A stretch of DNA of 43,212 bases from IMG/VR virus record IMGVR_UViG_3300023205_000043, positions 1 to 43,212 of that record, one strand, 5' to 3'. Under the pieces are notes generated by a model, which saw only the letters and a list, made by a program, of their open reading frames with translations, searched no databases and was not told the DNA's origin. A program made the translations under genes and the position numbers. Shown here piece by piece: positions 1-8,836 of this stretch. Positions within the stretch are counted from its first letter, which is position 1, and each line of letters begins with the position of its first letter. Source of the DNA: a virus.

Positions 1-141
1 CATTAACCAATGAAGCCGAAAAACGTTATTCAACTTTCAGTTCAAAATTAAAAGTTGTTAAGAATAAGGTTAAGGATTTAGGTATTGAATTCGGTGGCCC
101 ATTAATGGATGCACTTAGTAATGTTTTGGATGCTATGCAAC
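1..141. repeat. Left copy of an exact 141-bp terminal overlap (identical to 43072-43212); a circular-assembly duplication, unit length 43,071 bp
   Basis: Base-by-base comparison: 'cattaaccaatgaagccg...gatgctatgcaac' occurs at both window ends. It lies inside the tape-measure reading frame, so it is not a physical genome end. Confidence 0.95.
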
Positions 142-1727
142 CAGTATTCAAGGTATTAGAGAATATTGCTAAAGCATTTAGTAACGCTAGTCCTGAAACC
201 CAGAAATTTGTTGTTGCTATTGCAGCTATTGCGGCTGCAGTTGGACCAGTATTAGTTGTTATAGGTTCTTTACTTTCGGCGCTAGGATCCATTGCCACGG
301 CATTGGGACTAGCGGCAACTTGGCCAGTAGTTTTGGTAGCAGCAATTATTGCTATAGTTACTGTTCTAGTAACTTTCATTGTTACTCATTGGGACCAAAT
401 TAAAGCAAAAACAGAAGAAGTTTGGAATGCTATATCCACAACATTAACCAATGTTTGGACTTCTATTGTATCTGGAGCATCTTCAATATTCTCTAGTTTG
501 GGAGCCTTCTTCAGTGGGATTTGGACAGCAATATCCACTACCGTTTCATCAGTTTGGACTGGAATTGTAAGTTTCTTAACTAATCTGTGGACCGGAATTA
601 CCACAACTGCATCATCAATCTGGGGTGGCTTAACGGGTATATTTACTATGATTTTCCTAACTATCCAATCAGTTATTCAGGGTGTTTGGCTATTTATTAC
701 TTCATGGTTGCAATTTACTTGGCAATCAATTGTCGCCCTAACACAACCAATATGGCAACCAATTGCTTCCTTCTTTAGTAGTCTATGGCAAGGGATATCA
801 TCAGTAGCTCAATCAGTTTGGAATTCAGTTAGTTCATTCTTATCTGGAATATGGACTGGAATTAGTAACGTTGCTAAAACAGTGTTCAATGCTTTAAAAG
901 CATTTTTTAGTACAATTTGGAATGCTATCAAGTCTGTAACAACATCTGTTTGGAATGCTATCAAATCAGTTATTACCAGTGCTTGGAATGGTATTAAATC
1001 GGTTGTGACATCAGCATTAAATGCCGTGAAGTCAGCAGTTAGTTCAGGATGGAATGCCGTTAAATCCGCTACTTCTTCAGTATTAAATGCTGTTAAATCG
1101 GTTGTTACTTCAATTTGGAATGGTATTAAATCAACCATTTCATCAGTAGTTGATGGAGTTAAATCCAAGGTTACTAGTGGATGGAATGCCGTTAAGTCAG
1201 TCACATCAAGTGTCTGGAATGGTATTAAATCTGCAATGATAACTCCAGTAAATGCTGCTAAGAATAAGATTTCTGGAATAGTCGATGCCATTAAGAGATT
1301 CTTCTCTGGAATGCATCTGAGAATCCCTAGGATTTCATTACCACCTATGCCACATTTTCATTTAAGCGGTGAATTTAGTTTGAAGAACAAGACAGTTCCA
1401 CATCTTTCGGTATCATGGAATGCTATTGGTGGAATCATGACATCACCAATGATATTTGGATCAGCTGGAGGCCAATTGCAAGGTGGCGGCGAAGCTGGTC
1501 ATGAGGCTATATTGCCATTGAATTATAAGAACTTATCTGTAATTGGTAATCAAATTGCTCAAGCAACCGACGAAAAGGCTAATCAGTCTGTTACGCAGAA
1601 TATTCAAATGACTTTCAATAATACTGTTAGAGATAACGGAGATGTTAATAGAATCTTTGAAAAGGCTGATCAATGGATTGGACAAACTGGAATTAAAAAT
1701 AGTTTCGGAGTTAGGGGGAATGCCTAA
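1..1727 (+). CDS. Tail tape measure protein, C-terminal part (5' end cut by linearisation; continues from 41481-43212)
   Basis: Frame is open from the window edge and in phase with the ORF that runs off the right edge (105+43071 is in the same frame as 41481). Hydrophobic/aromatic 11-residue repeats. Sits directly upstream of Dit and Tal. Confidence 0.9.
   Translation, partial: LTNEAEKRYSTFSSKLKVVKNKVKDLGIEFGGPLMDALSNVLDAMQPVFKVLENIAKAFSNASPETQKFVVAIAAIAAAVGPVLVVIGSLLSALGSIATALGLAATWPVVLVAAIIAIVTVLVTFIVTHWDQIKAKTEEVWNAISTTLTNVWTSIVSGASSIFSSLGAFFSGIWTAISTTVSSVWTGIVSFLTNLWTGITTTASSIWGGLTGIFTMIFLTIQSVIQGVWLFITSWLQFTWQSIVALTQPIWQPIASFFSSLWQGISSVAQSVWNSVSSFLSGIWTGISNVAKTVFNALKAFFSTIWNAIKSVTTSVWNAIKSVITSAWNGIKSVVTSALNAVKSAVSSGWNAVKSATSSVLNAVKSVVTSIWNGIKSTISSVVDGVKSKVTSGWNAVKSVTSSVWNGIKSAMITPVNAAKNKISGIVDAIKRFFSGMHLRIPRISLPPMPHFHLSGEFSLKNKTVPHLSVSWNAIGGIMTSPMIFGSAGGQLQGGGEAGHEAILPLNYKNLSVIGNQIAQATDEKANQSVTQNIQMTFNNTVRDNGDVNRIFEKADQWIGQTGIKNSFGVRGNA
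918..1247 (+). repeat. About 10 tandem 33-bp (11-codon) repeats inside the tape measure gene (consensus W-N-x-I/V-K-S-V-x-T-S-x)
   Basis: TGG codons recur at 918, 951 and 984, continuing at 33-nt spacing. Peptide: WNAIKSVTTSV WNAIKSVITSA WNGIKSVVTSA ... Confidence 0.9.
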
Positions 1728-2416
1728 TGGGATTACATTTAGTGGTTGATGGAATCTTTGATAATGATATGCTGGTTGCTCTAGTTGACCGGCCAAAGAT
1801 TTCAAATCCAGATTATGAATATGAATCTGAATATGTCGACGGCCGAAATGGTAGTTTGAACCGTTTGAAATATATCAAAGATGTAACAGAGAAAGTTGAA
1901 TTCAATATTCTGGAAGATTTTCCAGTCAAAGAAAAGCTACGACAAATTAAGTCGTGGCTTTTTGATTGCAAGAAAATATATTTCAGCGATGACATTGTTT
2001 ATCGAAAAGTTAAATATGTCGATATTGGGGATATTGATAATGAAATTGCTGAATATGGTTCATTTGAAGTTACATTTACATGCGATCCGTTTGAATATCG
2101 CTTAGGTGATGATGAAGTGACCATCACTAAAGAAGGAACCATCTTGAATAGAGGAACTATATTTTCCCTCCCAAAACTTGAAATATTGGGGAACGGTCAG
2201 GGAACGATTACGATTAACGGTTCGCCTATTAAACTAAACTTGACCGTAGAACACGCGTATATAGACTCTGAAATTCAAGAAATTTACAAGGATAACACCA
2301 ATTTGGGACTTTCCATGATTGGAGAATTTCCAAGTTTAGTTCCAGGTAATAATGACATCAAAATTGAAGGAAACTTTGATTCTGTAAAGTTCAACGTAAG
2401 GGAGAGATATCTATGA
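1727..2416 (+). CDS. Distal tail protein (Dit)-like tail component
   Basis: 229 aa. Its start overlaps the TMP stop (ATG within ..TAATGG..). Size and position (TMP-Dit-Tal) are typical for siphoviruses; the call is positional. Confidence 0.7.
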   Translation: MGLHLVVDGIFDNDMLVALVDRPKISNPDYEYESEYVDGRNGSLNRLKYIKDVTEKVEFNILEDFPVKEKLRQIKSWLFDCKKIYFSDDIVYRKVKYVDIGDIDNEIAEYGSFEVTFTCDPFEYRLGDDEVTITKEGTILNRGTIFSLPKLEILGNGQGTITINGSPIKLNLTVEHAYIDSEIQEIYKDNTNLGLSMIGEFPSLVPGNNDIKIEGNFDSVKFNVRERYL

Positions 2417-4230
2417 TTAGATTATTTCCCAAAAACGCTACCGAGGAGCAATTCAAAACAAACGGTATCGCTGTATTGGATAACGGAATTAAAAATAATG
2501 AAATATCTGAAATCAAAAATGGAATGTTTAGTTTTGATTTTGAATATTTTAGTGATTCAAAATTCAGTGACTTAATTAAGGGTGACATGATTATTGTTGC
2601 TCCGACTCCTTATGGTGATCAACCATTTAGAGTTCATAAAATCACGGAACAAATTGGATATGTAAAAGTTGAGTGTTATCACATATTTTATGATCTTGCA
2701 TCCAACCTAATAGAAGACTCCAATTTTGTTAAGTCAACCGGTACTGCATTAATGAATAGATTTAATGCTGCATTTCAATATTCAACTAGCTTTAGATTCA
2801 GCTCAGATATTGATACGGTTGCTAATTGTCGAATGGTAAGAATGAATCCTGTTCAGGCTTTACTTGATACATCAAAGGACAACACCTTTATTAACCGGTG
2901 GGGAGGAGAGATTCTTCGTGACGGTTATGATGTGAAATTTTTAAAGCATATTGGTTCCGATAGAGGATTCAAGATTAGTCATGGTAAGAATTTAACAGGT
3001 TATGACTATGTAATTGATTGGGAACCAACGGCAACTAGGATAATGCCCATCGGATTTGATGGATTAATATTGCCAGAAAAGTATGTTGATAGTCCACTTA
3101 TCAATGACTACCGGAATATAAAAATAGCAACAGTTAATTATCAAGATGTTAAAGCTGTCGATTCTAATTCACAGCAAAGCCAAGAGGGAGCAATTCCGCT
3201 TGAAGATGCTTATGCAAAATTAAGAGAATTGGCCAAAGATGATTTTAGTAAAGGTGCTGACAAACCCAGTATTAATATTAGGATTCAATTCAAGAATCTT
3301 GGTGATACTAAAGAATACGCACAATTCAAAAAGCTAGTTGATGTTAAGCCCTTCGATACTGTTCACGTAAGATTAGAAGATTATGACATTGAAGATAGAA
3401 TTATCAGTTATAAATATGACGCTATTACCCGTGAATACATCGAACTAGAGCTAGGAGATATTGTTCAAAAAGGTATTTCCGACAAAGTCAACAATACTGA
3501 AAATTCTATTAATGATGTAAAGGATCAGAATACCAATTTACAAAGTAATATAAATGATGTTCAAGACAATGTTAATAGTGTCCAGGACAACTTAGATATT
3601 GCAATTGGTAATGGTGACGACAAGATTGATGCAGCTGAACAAGAGGCCATTGATCGTATTGCTAATGTTAAAAGAATTGTTTCTCAAAACCAGGATGATA
3701 TTACCAGGATAATGAATTCTGGAGGTAACAATAAAATTCAGTGGTTGCCAAACTTTCAGAATGCTACTCAATTAAAAATCATTACTCCTTATGGTTACTG
3801 GTTACTAGACGACCACGGAGCTGGTTTTCATAGTAACAACGGTACTGTGATGAATGGACTTTCGGCTGATGGAAAAATTTATGCTGACGCAATTACTGGT
3901 AATAATTTGTATAGTACAACTATCACAGGTGGAACAATTAGTGGTGGTGTCATCAATGGTGCAATTATTAATGGTGCACAAATTGAAGGTGCTCAAGCTA
4001 TTAGGTTCCATAGCAGTAGTGGTATTAGTACTGCTATATCTGATTATGGTATTTCAACAAAAAGTTTAACTGTTCAGCATATTGAAGGTGTTATCTCAAT
4101 TAGTACTAGCAATATCGACGTTACTGACACTGCTACCATTAGATACTTACAAATTTCAGGAAATATAAGAGGAAATAATTCAGGGCTATATTTGCAGGGG
4201 CCTGTATACGTTGATGGAAGGGAAATTTAA
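2413..4230 (+). CDS. Tail-associated lysin / tail endopeptidase-like (Tal) minor structural protein
   Basis: 605 aa with an ATGA overlap onto the Dit gene. N-terminal region resembles the prophage-tail family. Central NxxD coiled-coil repeats and a Gly-rich C-terminus (GGTISGGVINGAIINGAQIEGA). Confidence 0.7.
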   Translation: MIRLFPKNATEEQFKTNGIAVLDNGIKNNEISEIKNGMFSFDFEYFSDSKFSDLIKGDMIIVAPTPYGDQPFRVHKITEQIGYVKVECYHIFYDLASNLIEDSNFVKSTGTALMNRFNAAFQYSTSFRFSSDIDTVANCRMVRMNPVQALLDTSKDNTFINRWGGEILRDGYDVKFLKHIGSDRGFKISHGKNLTGYDYVIDWEPTATRIMPIGFDGLILPEKYVDSPLINDYRNIKIATVNYQDVKAVDSNSQQSQEGAIPLEDAYAKLRELAKDDFSKGADKPSINIRIQFKNLGDTKEYAQFKKLVDVKPFDTVHVRLEDYDIEDRIISYKYDAITREYIELELGDIVQKGISDKVNNTENSINDVKDQNTNLQSNINDVQDNVNSVQDNLDIAIGNGDDKIDAAEQEAIDRIANVKRIVSQNQDDITRIMNSGGNNKIQWLPNFQNATQLKIITPYGYWLLDDHGAGFHSNNGTVMNGLSADGKIYADAITGNNLYSTTITGGTISGGVINGAIINGAQIEGAQAIRFHSSSGISTAISDYGISTKSLTVQHIEGVISISTSNIDVTDTATIRYLQISGNIRGNNSGLYLQGPVYVDGREI

Positions 4231-4461
4231 ATGAAACAATTAAATATGGAAGAAATAATGAATGTTGATAGCAATGTTGCTATTGATAAGTACCAGGGTG
4301 AACATTTAAGACTTCTTCATCAGAACATTACATTGTCAGCTCAATGTGAGAAACAACTAGCATTAATTGAAACTTTGTTTAGCATTGCACCAGAAGTATT
4401 TCCAGACAATTTTGTGATTGAAACTAAGGAGAATAAGAAAAATGACATTAACAAAAAATAA
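4231..4461 (+). CDS. Hypothetical tail-module protein (76 aa)
   Basis: ATG immediately follows the Tal stop. No recognisable motif. Confidence 0.6.
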   Translation: MKQLNMEEIMNVDSNVAIDKYQGEHLRLLHQNITLSAQCEKQLALIETLFSIAPEVFPDNFVIETKENKKNDINKK

Positions 4462-4786
4462 GACTATTTATATCAATGGGACAAGTAAAAGCGGAGATGA
4501 GGTATTAGCTAATTTTAATGCCAGCTTTTCCGAGAACGGAACTACTACAATTAATGAAACACTAATTAAAAATGATAGTCAGATTGCGGATTCTGACTTT
4601 AATGAATTTAGAGAACATGTAAAAGATGAGTTCAAAAAAATTAGAGAATCAAATGATGAAATCAACAATAACTTTGAGACAGATCCTGTAAAAGACAACG
4701 TCGACATCAATATTGATACTGATAAAGAAGATCCTATTAAGGAGGATGATTCTGAATCTAAAGAAACCACGGAAAAGAGTGAGTAG
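4442..4786 (+). CDS. Hypothetical acidic protein (about 114 aa)
   Basis: The ORF track starts at 4418. The ATG at 4442 has an AAGGAG 10 nt upstream. Asp/Glu-rich C-terminus. Confidence 0.6.
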   Translation: MTLTKNKTIYINGTSKSGDEVLANFNASFSENGTTTINETLIKNDSQIADSDFNEFREHVKDEFKKIRESNDEINNNFETDPVKDNVDINIDTDKEDPIKEDDSESKETTEKSE

Positions 4787-6214
4787 ATGACAACAATCAA
4801 ATTAAATTTAAGCCTGGAGAAAACTACTCCTGTATATGGCTATCCGATTACCTTACGTCAGGGTGATGCAGGAACAGAATTAATGGTTGAAATTGCTGAA
4901 GGCTCCAAAATAACCGATTTAACGGGCAAGAAGTTATCCTTTTATTCTGATAAACCAGACTTGAAGACAATCGAAGATGAAGAACAAAGCCATTTTAAAA
5001 TTCAACCAGATAAAAAGTCATTTATTTATACCCTTCCAAACGAATTAACTTCAATATCTGGTTCAACTAAAAACACATATTTCAAAGTTGATACAGAAAG
5101 TACATCAGATTTCTATATTCATATTTTAAATATGTCTGGAATTGAGCGAAACGAATCAAACGATTATATTTCGCGTGTTGATCGTATCTTAACTCACGCC
5201 GTTACTGATTTTAATTTAATCGACGGCATTACAAAGACTGGTACAAACAACTTCAATACCGCTTTGAACGATTCAAAGAAACTTATGAAAGACTTTTTAG
5301 ACCGTTCAAACGCTGACTACGTTAATTTCATCAATAACAAGAATATTGAGTTTAAAACGTATTTAGCTACGTTGGACAGTCAAGCCGAAGTTGTTAAAAA
5401 TAAATATAATGCTTTGAAAGCTCAACTCGACGCGTTAGAGTTCCCTGAAATTGGTGGTAGAAATTATGTACTAGGAACTTCACAGCCTCTAACAGTGACA
5501 GCAGATGGAAATATTGGATCGGCTATTACTAATTTTGATATTTCACCGGATTTATTAAATATAAATATTGGAGATAATATTACAATATCCTACGACCTGA
5601 ATGTCAAAAACGCTGATGACGGAGTAACATATACTGGCATAAATCCATGGTTTGCGATTATGGGTCCAATCTCATATAAAGAGGGAATGAACCATATCAA
5701 TTATACTAAAAAATTGGATAGAAAATTTTCTCTTACTAAAGATGGTATTAGAGTAACTGTCGACAAGAGCAAAGCGACATATACTCTTAGTCATTTTAAG
5801 GTTGAAAGAGGAAATATTGTAACCCCTTGGACACCCGCACCAGAAGATAAGGTGAACGTTTCTGATACTTCAAACTGGCAAAAACAGGCAATATTTAAAA
5901 ATGGTGATTATTTATTAAATTATTGTCCAGAAGGTACTGATTTTGGGGAATTTTTAAAATCAAATTCTGTTCCACTGGGTTTTTCAATTATTAGAGACGC
6001 AAGCACTACATTGAACTGGAGAATTGAGAAGGAAAGCAGCGACTATGTCTTTGGAATAGCTCAAGGTGCTAGTGGCGGTGTTTATCATCTTGAAATAAAC
6101 GCCGGGAAATATAGTGATAGTCAGTTAGTAGTAAATAATCTTATTGGCAAGACTATAACCGCTACCGACGCCGACAATAAACCTATCATATTAAAAATAA
6201 CTGGAATTAGCTAA
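4787..6214 (+). CDS. Baseplate/fibre protein, receptor-binding candidate
   Basis: 475 aa and the last large tail gene before the lysis cassette. The N-terminus (ITLRQGDAGTEL) resembles BppU-type baseplate N-domains. The call is mostly positional. Confidence 0.55.
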   Translation: MTTIKLNLSLEKTTPVYGYPITLRQGDAGTELMVEIAEGSKITDLTGKKLSFYSDKPDLKTIEDEEQSHFKIQPDKKSFIYTLPNELTSISGSTKNTYFKVDTESTSDFYIHILNMSGIERNESNDYISRVDRILTHAVTDFNLIDGITKTGTNNFNTALNDSKKLMKDFLDRSNADYVNFINNKNIEFKTYLATLDSQAEVVKNKYNALKAQLDALEFPEIGGRNYVLGTSQPLTVTADGNIGSAITNFDISPDLLNINIGDNITISYDLNVKNADDGVTYTGINPWFAIMGPISYKEGMNHINYTKKLDRKFSLTKDGIRVTVDKSKATYTLSHFKVERGNIVTPWTPAPEDKVNVSDTSNWQKQAIFKNGDYLLNYCPEGTDFGEFLKSNSVPLGFSIIRDASTTLNWRIEKESSDYVFGIAQGASGGVYHLEINAGKYSDSQLVVNNLIGKTITATDADNKPIILKITGIS

Positions 6215-6257
6215 GCCATTACAGGCTTTTTATTTTGCAAGAAAGGGGAGATGCCAA

Positions 6258-6644
6258 TTGAAATATCTAAAACGAAACCACTTTTGGTTTTTAACTGGAA
6301 TGCAAACATTTGCGCTAGGCTTATTGTTTGCATCAAACGTTGATTTCATTGATATACCACCAACAACACCACCATTCATAGCCAATGTAGATGATCCGCC
6401 ATTTGCAATCGCTTTAATCATTGTAGGGCTGTACGTGATGTTTTCGTGTTTAGGATATTTGGATAAGTCAGCTAAAGATATAATCATTTTTATATTACTG
6501 TTCATTTGGACGTTCTATCTAATCATATTTATGATTCATGATTTTACATCACCAGTGTTTATGCCTAAATTCACTACAATATTTATCCTGTTTATCGTAG
6601 TAAGAATTCTATTCGAGGCATTTTGGAGTGATCCAGATGATTGA
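6258..6644 (+). CDS. Membrane protein with about 4 TM segments (lysis-cassette associated)
   Basis: TTG start preceded by AAAGGGGAG. Four long hydrophobic stretches. Confidence 0.6.
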   Translation: MKYLKRNHFWFLTGMQTFALGLLFASNVDFIDIPPTTPPFIANVDDPPFAIALIIVGLYVMFSCLGYLDKSAKDIIIFILLFIWTFYLIIFMIHDFTSPVFMPKFTTIFILFIVVRILFEAFWSDPDD

Positions 6645-6963
6645 CACAATTAAGGTTGCTATATCAGCAATTGTTGGTGGTGTGATTACTGGTGTATTTG
6701 GTGTTTGGCTACAACGTGTTAAGAATCAGGGATCTAATGAGGGCATCTATGCTGAGCATATAGATGGGGCATTGGACAGGCTAGAAGAACGCACTAAAGA
6801 ACGTGACGACTTAAAGAATCAAGTTATGCAATTACAGTTACAAATAAAGCAACAGAGCTTATTAATTGAAAAGCAGAATAAAGTTATCAATTCTTTAAAT
6901 AAACAAGTTGGAGATTTAAATAGTAAGTTCGACAGATTAAATAAAATGGAAGAAGGAAAATAA
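6637..6963 (+). CDS. Membrane-anchored coiled-coil protein (lysis-cassette associated)
   Basis: The track start at 6628 is GTG. The ATG at 6637 has a GGAG 8 nt upstream. N-terminal TM (AISAIVGGVITGVFGVWL) followed by heptad-like QLQLQIKQQ. Confidence 0.65.
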   Translation: MIDTIKVAISAIVGGVITGVFGVWLQRVKNQGSNEGIYAEHIDGALDRLEERTKERDDLKNQVMQLQLQIKQQSLLIEKQNKVINSLNKQVGDLNSKFDRLNKMEEGK

Positions 6964-7256
6964 TGGATATTTTACAAGGCTTACAGTTGATTGATGTTAC
7001 AGAATTAGTAGTTATCGTTTTAGTTTGTTATCTATTAACTGCCGCAACAAAACAATCCAAAATTAATAACAAATACATGCCATTTATTTCAATGGTAATT
7101 GGACTAATTGTTGGCTTAGCAATTGCTGGTGTATTTCATGATGGAGACTTAGGCAAAGCTGGATTAACTGGTTTTCTAGCTGGCGGGTACACATCGGGAT
7201 TATTTACTGGTGTTAAAGGAATTTTAGGTGGTTATGAGAAAGGTGGAAATAAATAA
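6963..7256 (+). CDS. Holin-like protein
   Basis: 97 aa with 2-3 TM segments and a charged C-terminus (YEKGGNK). Immediately upstream of, and overlapping, the endolysin start. Confidence 0.7.
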   Translation: MDILQGLQLIDVTELVVIVLVCYLLTAATKQSKINNKYMPFISMVIGLIVGLAIAGVFHDGDLGKAGLTGFLAGGYTSGLFTGVKGILGGYEKGGNK

Positions 7257-8245
7257 TGTTTAATCCAAAGATTATTAAAACTGATTATGTTTTAGGAGCC
7301 AATCAAGGCGATTCACACATCGCTCAAAGAAAATATATTATCGCTCATGAATCTGGATATGATCCAGATACTAAAAATCCAAATATGTTACTTAACGAAG
7401 TTCAAAACATGAATCATCATCTAAATACTAATAAGGCATATGTAACTCATTTTGTTGGTTTTATGGATAGTGCAAACGAGGCACAAATTTATCAAATTGG
7501 TGAACCTGGTTATGTTAGCTGGGGTGCTTTATCTGCTAATCCATATGCACCAGTTCAAATTGAATTTGCCAGAATCTATCAAAACAATAGAGACAAATTC
7601 AAGAAGGCATATCATCTATATATTGATGCACTTCGTTACTATGCTAATTTGTATGGCATTCCTTGTAAACTAGATGAATCTGGTAATGGTATTAAAACAC
7701 ACCAATGGGTAACTAATAATTATGGTGGTACTCATGTTGATCCATACGGATATTTTGAAAGTATGGGAATTAGCAGAAATCAATTTAAGCATGATGTTGA
7801 AAATGGTATTAATGAAACTGTTATTAATAAGCCAGTCGCTAAATCACATATTAATAATATCGTTCAAGTTTTGGGTAAAAAGGTTGGAGGATATACTACT
7901 TACAAATTAAATGGTAAGGCTAATGAAACGACTGACATTACTCCAAACTCCAGATGGGTATCTAATGCTATTGAAATTATCAACAACGAGCCAATGTACT
8001 GTATTGGTGGAGATATTTACATTCCACAGTCAGTAACAACATTGGCTAACAAGGCCGTTGTTAACTCTAATGTGTCTATTGATAGTCTGGATAATAATAG
8101 TAAAACCAATGGTAAACTAGCCGCTGGTAGTGATTGGAAGTTTGATGAAGTAGTAAATATTAGTGGTGCTGGATATTGCTATAAAATTGCTACTGACATG
8201 TTCCTCCCTATTAAATTCACCGTTGGTTCTGGGTATAAAGGATAA
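7256..8245 (+). CDS. Endolysin (probable amidase-type catalytic domain plus two SH3b-like wall-binding repeats)
   Basis: 329 aa directly after the holin. N-terminal His-containing motifs (IIAHESG, KTHQW, HVDPYG). Two related C-terminal segments of about 60 aa. Confidence 0.75.
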   Translation: MFNPKIIKTDYVLGANQGDSHIAQRKYIIAHESGYDPDTKNPNMLLNEVQNMNHHLNTNKAYVTHFVGFMDSANEAQIYQIGEPGYVSWGALSANPYAPVQIEFARIYQNNRDKFKKAYHLYIDALRYYANLYGIPCKLDESGNGIKTHQWVTNNYGGTHVDPYGYFESMGISRNQFKHDVENGINETVINKPVAKSHINNIVQVLGKKVGGYTTYKLNGKANETTDITPNSRWVSNAIEIINNEPMYCIGGDIYIPQSVTTLANKAVVNSNVSIDSLDNNSKTNGKLAAGSDWKFDEVVNISGAGYCYKIATDMFLPIKFTVGSGYKG

Positions 8246-8382
8246 TTAAAGAATCTATATTAAGATATATGATATTGGCCATATCGAAGCAGTTGACCAT
8301 TTGATATATTTAATTAGCGCAAGGAAAAGGCGCAAACGGTATCCAGTTCATACTGTATTAAAACATTTCTTTTATTTTTTTG

Positions 8383-8419
8383 CTCCCATCCTTATCAGCT
8401 TAGGGGTGGGAGTTTTTTT
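8383..8419 (+). terminator. Rho-independent terminator ending the late/lysis operon
   Basis: CTCCCATCC / GGGGTGGGAG stem followed by a T7 run. Confidence 0.75.
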
Positions 8420-8431
8420 GTATCTAAAATA

Positions 8432-8461
8432 GTTGCTTATATACTTCAAGAAGTATATAAT
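8432..8461 (+). promoter_or_regulatory. Promoter P1 with an embedded 22-bp perfect palindrome (operator)
   Basis: TTGCTT (8433-8438), a 17-nt spacer, then TATAAT (8456-8461). The palindrome TATATACTTC-AA-GAAGTATATA (8438-8459) fills the spacer. A near-identical copy lies at 12459-12488. Confidence 0.75.
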
Positions 8462-8485
8462 AAAAATATAGTAGAGGTGATCAGT

Positions 8486-8836
8486 ATGAAAGCATTAATA
8501 AATAAATCGCAGATAAAGCATAATACCGGTAAAGCAATTTTGGTTACTTTGCCAAATACAAATAGTAAAAAAGTATGGATACCCGAAAAATTAGTTTATC
8601 CAAACTCAGATAACTATACATGCACTGTTTATTTACCAGATTCATTCACTTTTAATGGTATATCCGGCAATGCTGGTAAGAATCGCTTTGATATTAGTGC
8701 TGATGAACTATCAGATTACTTTGAACCTATGAGCAATTCAATAGTTAAAAGAAAGTACAAGCCATCATTTATTGAACATGTTCCAGACAAGTTAAAGGCG
8801 GTGGATAGTAACGTTGATGACAGTCTTAAACGATAG
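8486..8836 (+). CDS. Hypothetical protein, first gene of the SNF2/PP-loop/ParB operon
   Basis: ATG at 8486 with AGAGG 8 nt upstream (the track start at 8477 is GTG). No recognisable motif. Its 3' end overlaps the SNF2 gene. Confidence 0.7.
   Translation: MKALINKSQIKHNTGKAILVTLPNTNSKKVWIPEKLVYPNSDNYTCTVYLPDSFTFNGISGNAGKNRFDISADELSDYFEPMSNSIVKRKYKPSFIEHVPDKLKAVDSNVDDSLKR

Noticed and set aside
1-141. Interpreting the 141-bp end duplication as genuine direct terminal repeats of the virion DNA
   Set aside because: The repeat is in the middle of the tape measure ORF, and an HNH-cos-TerS module lies at about 33.0-33.7 kb. An assembler overlap of a circular molecule explains it better.
26-1291. 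Long minus-strand ORFs (26-379, 386-604, 809-1291) and the plus-strand ORF 587-778 inside the tape measure gene
   Set aside because: These are shadow ORFs created by the repetitive, codon-biased TMP sequence. They have no RBS and overlap a gene whose frame continues across the circular junction, and their translations are low-complexity mirrors of the TMP repeats.
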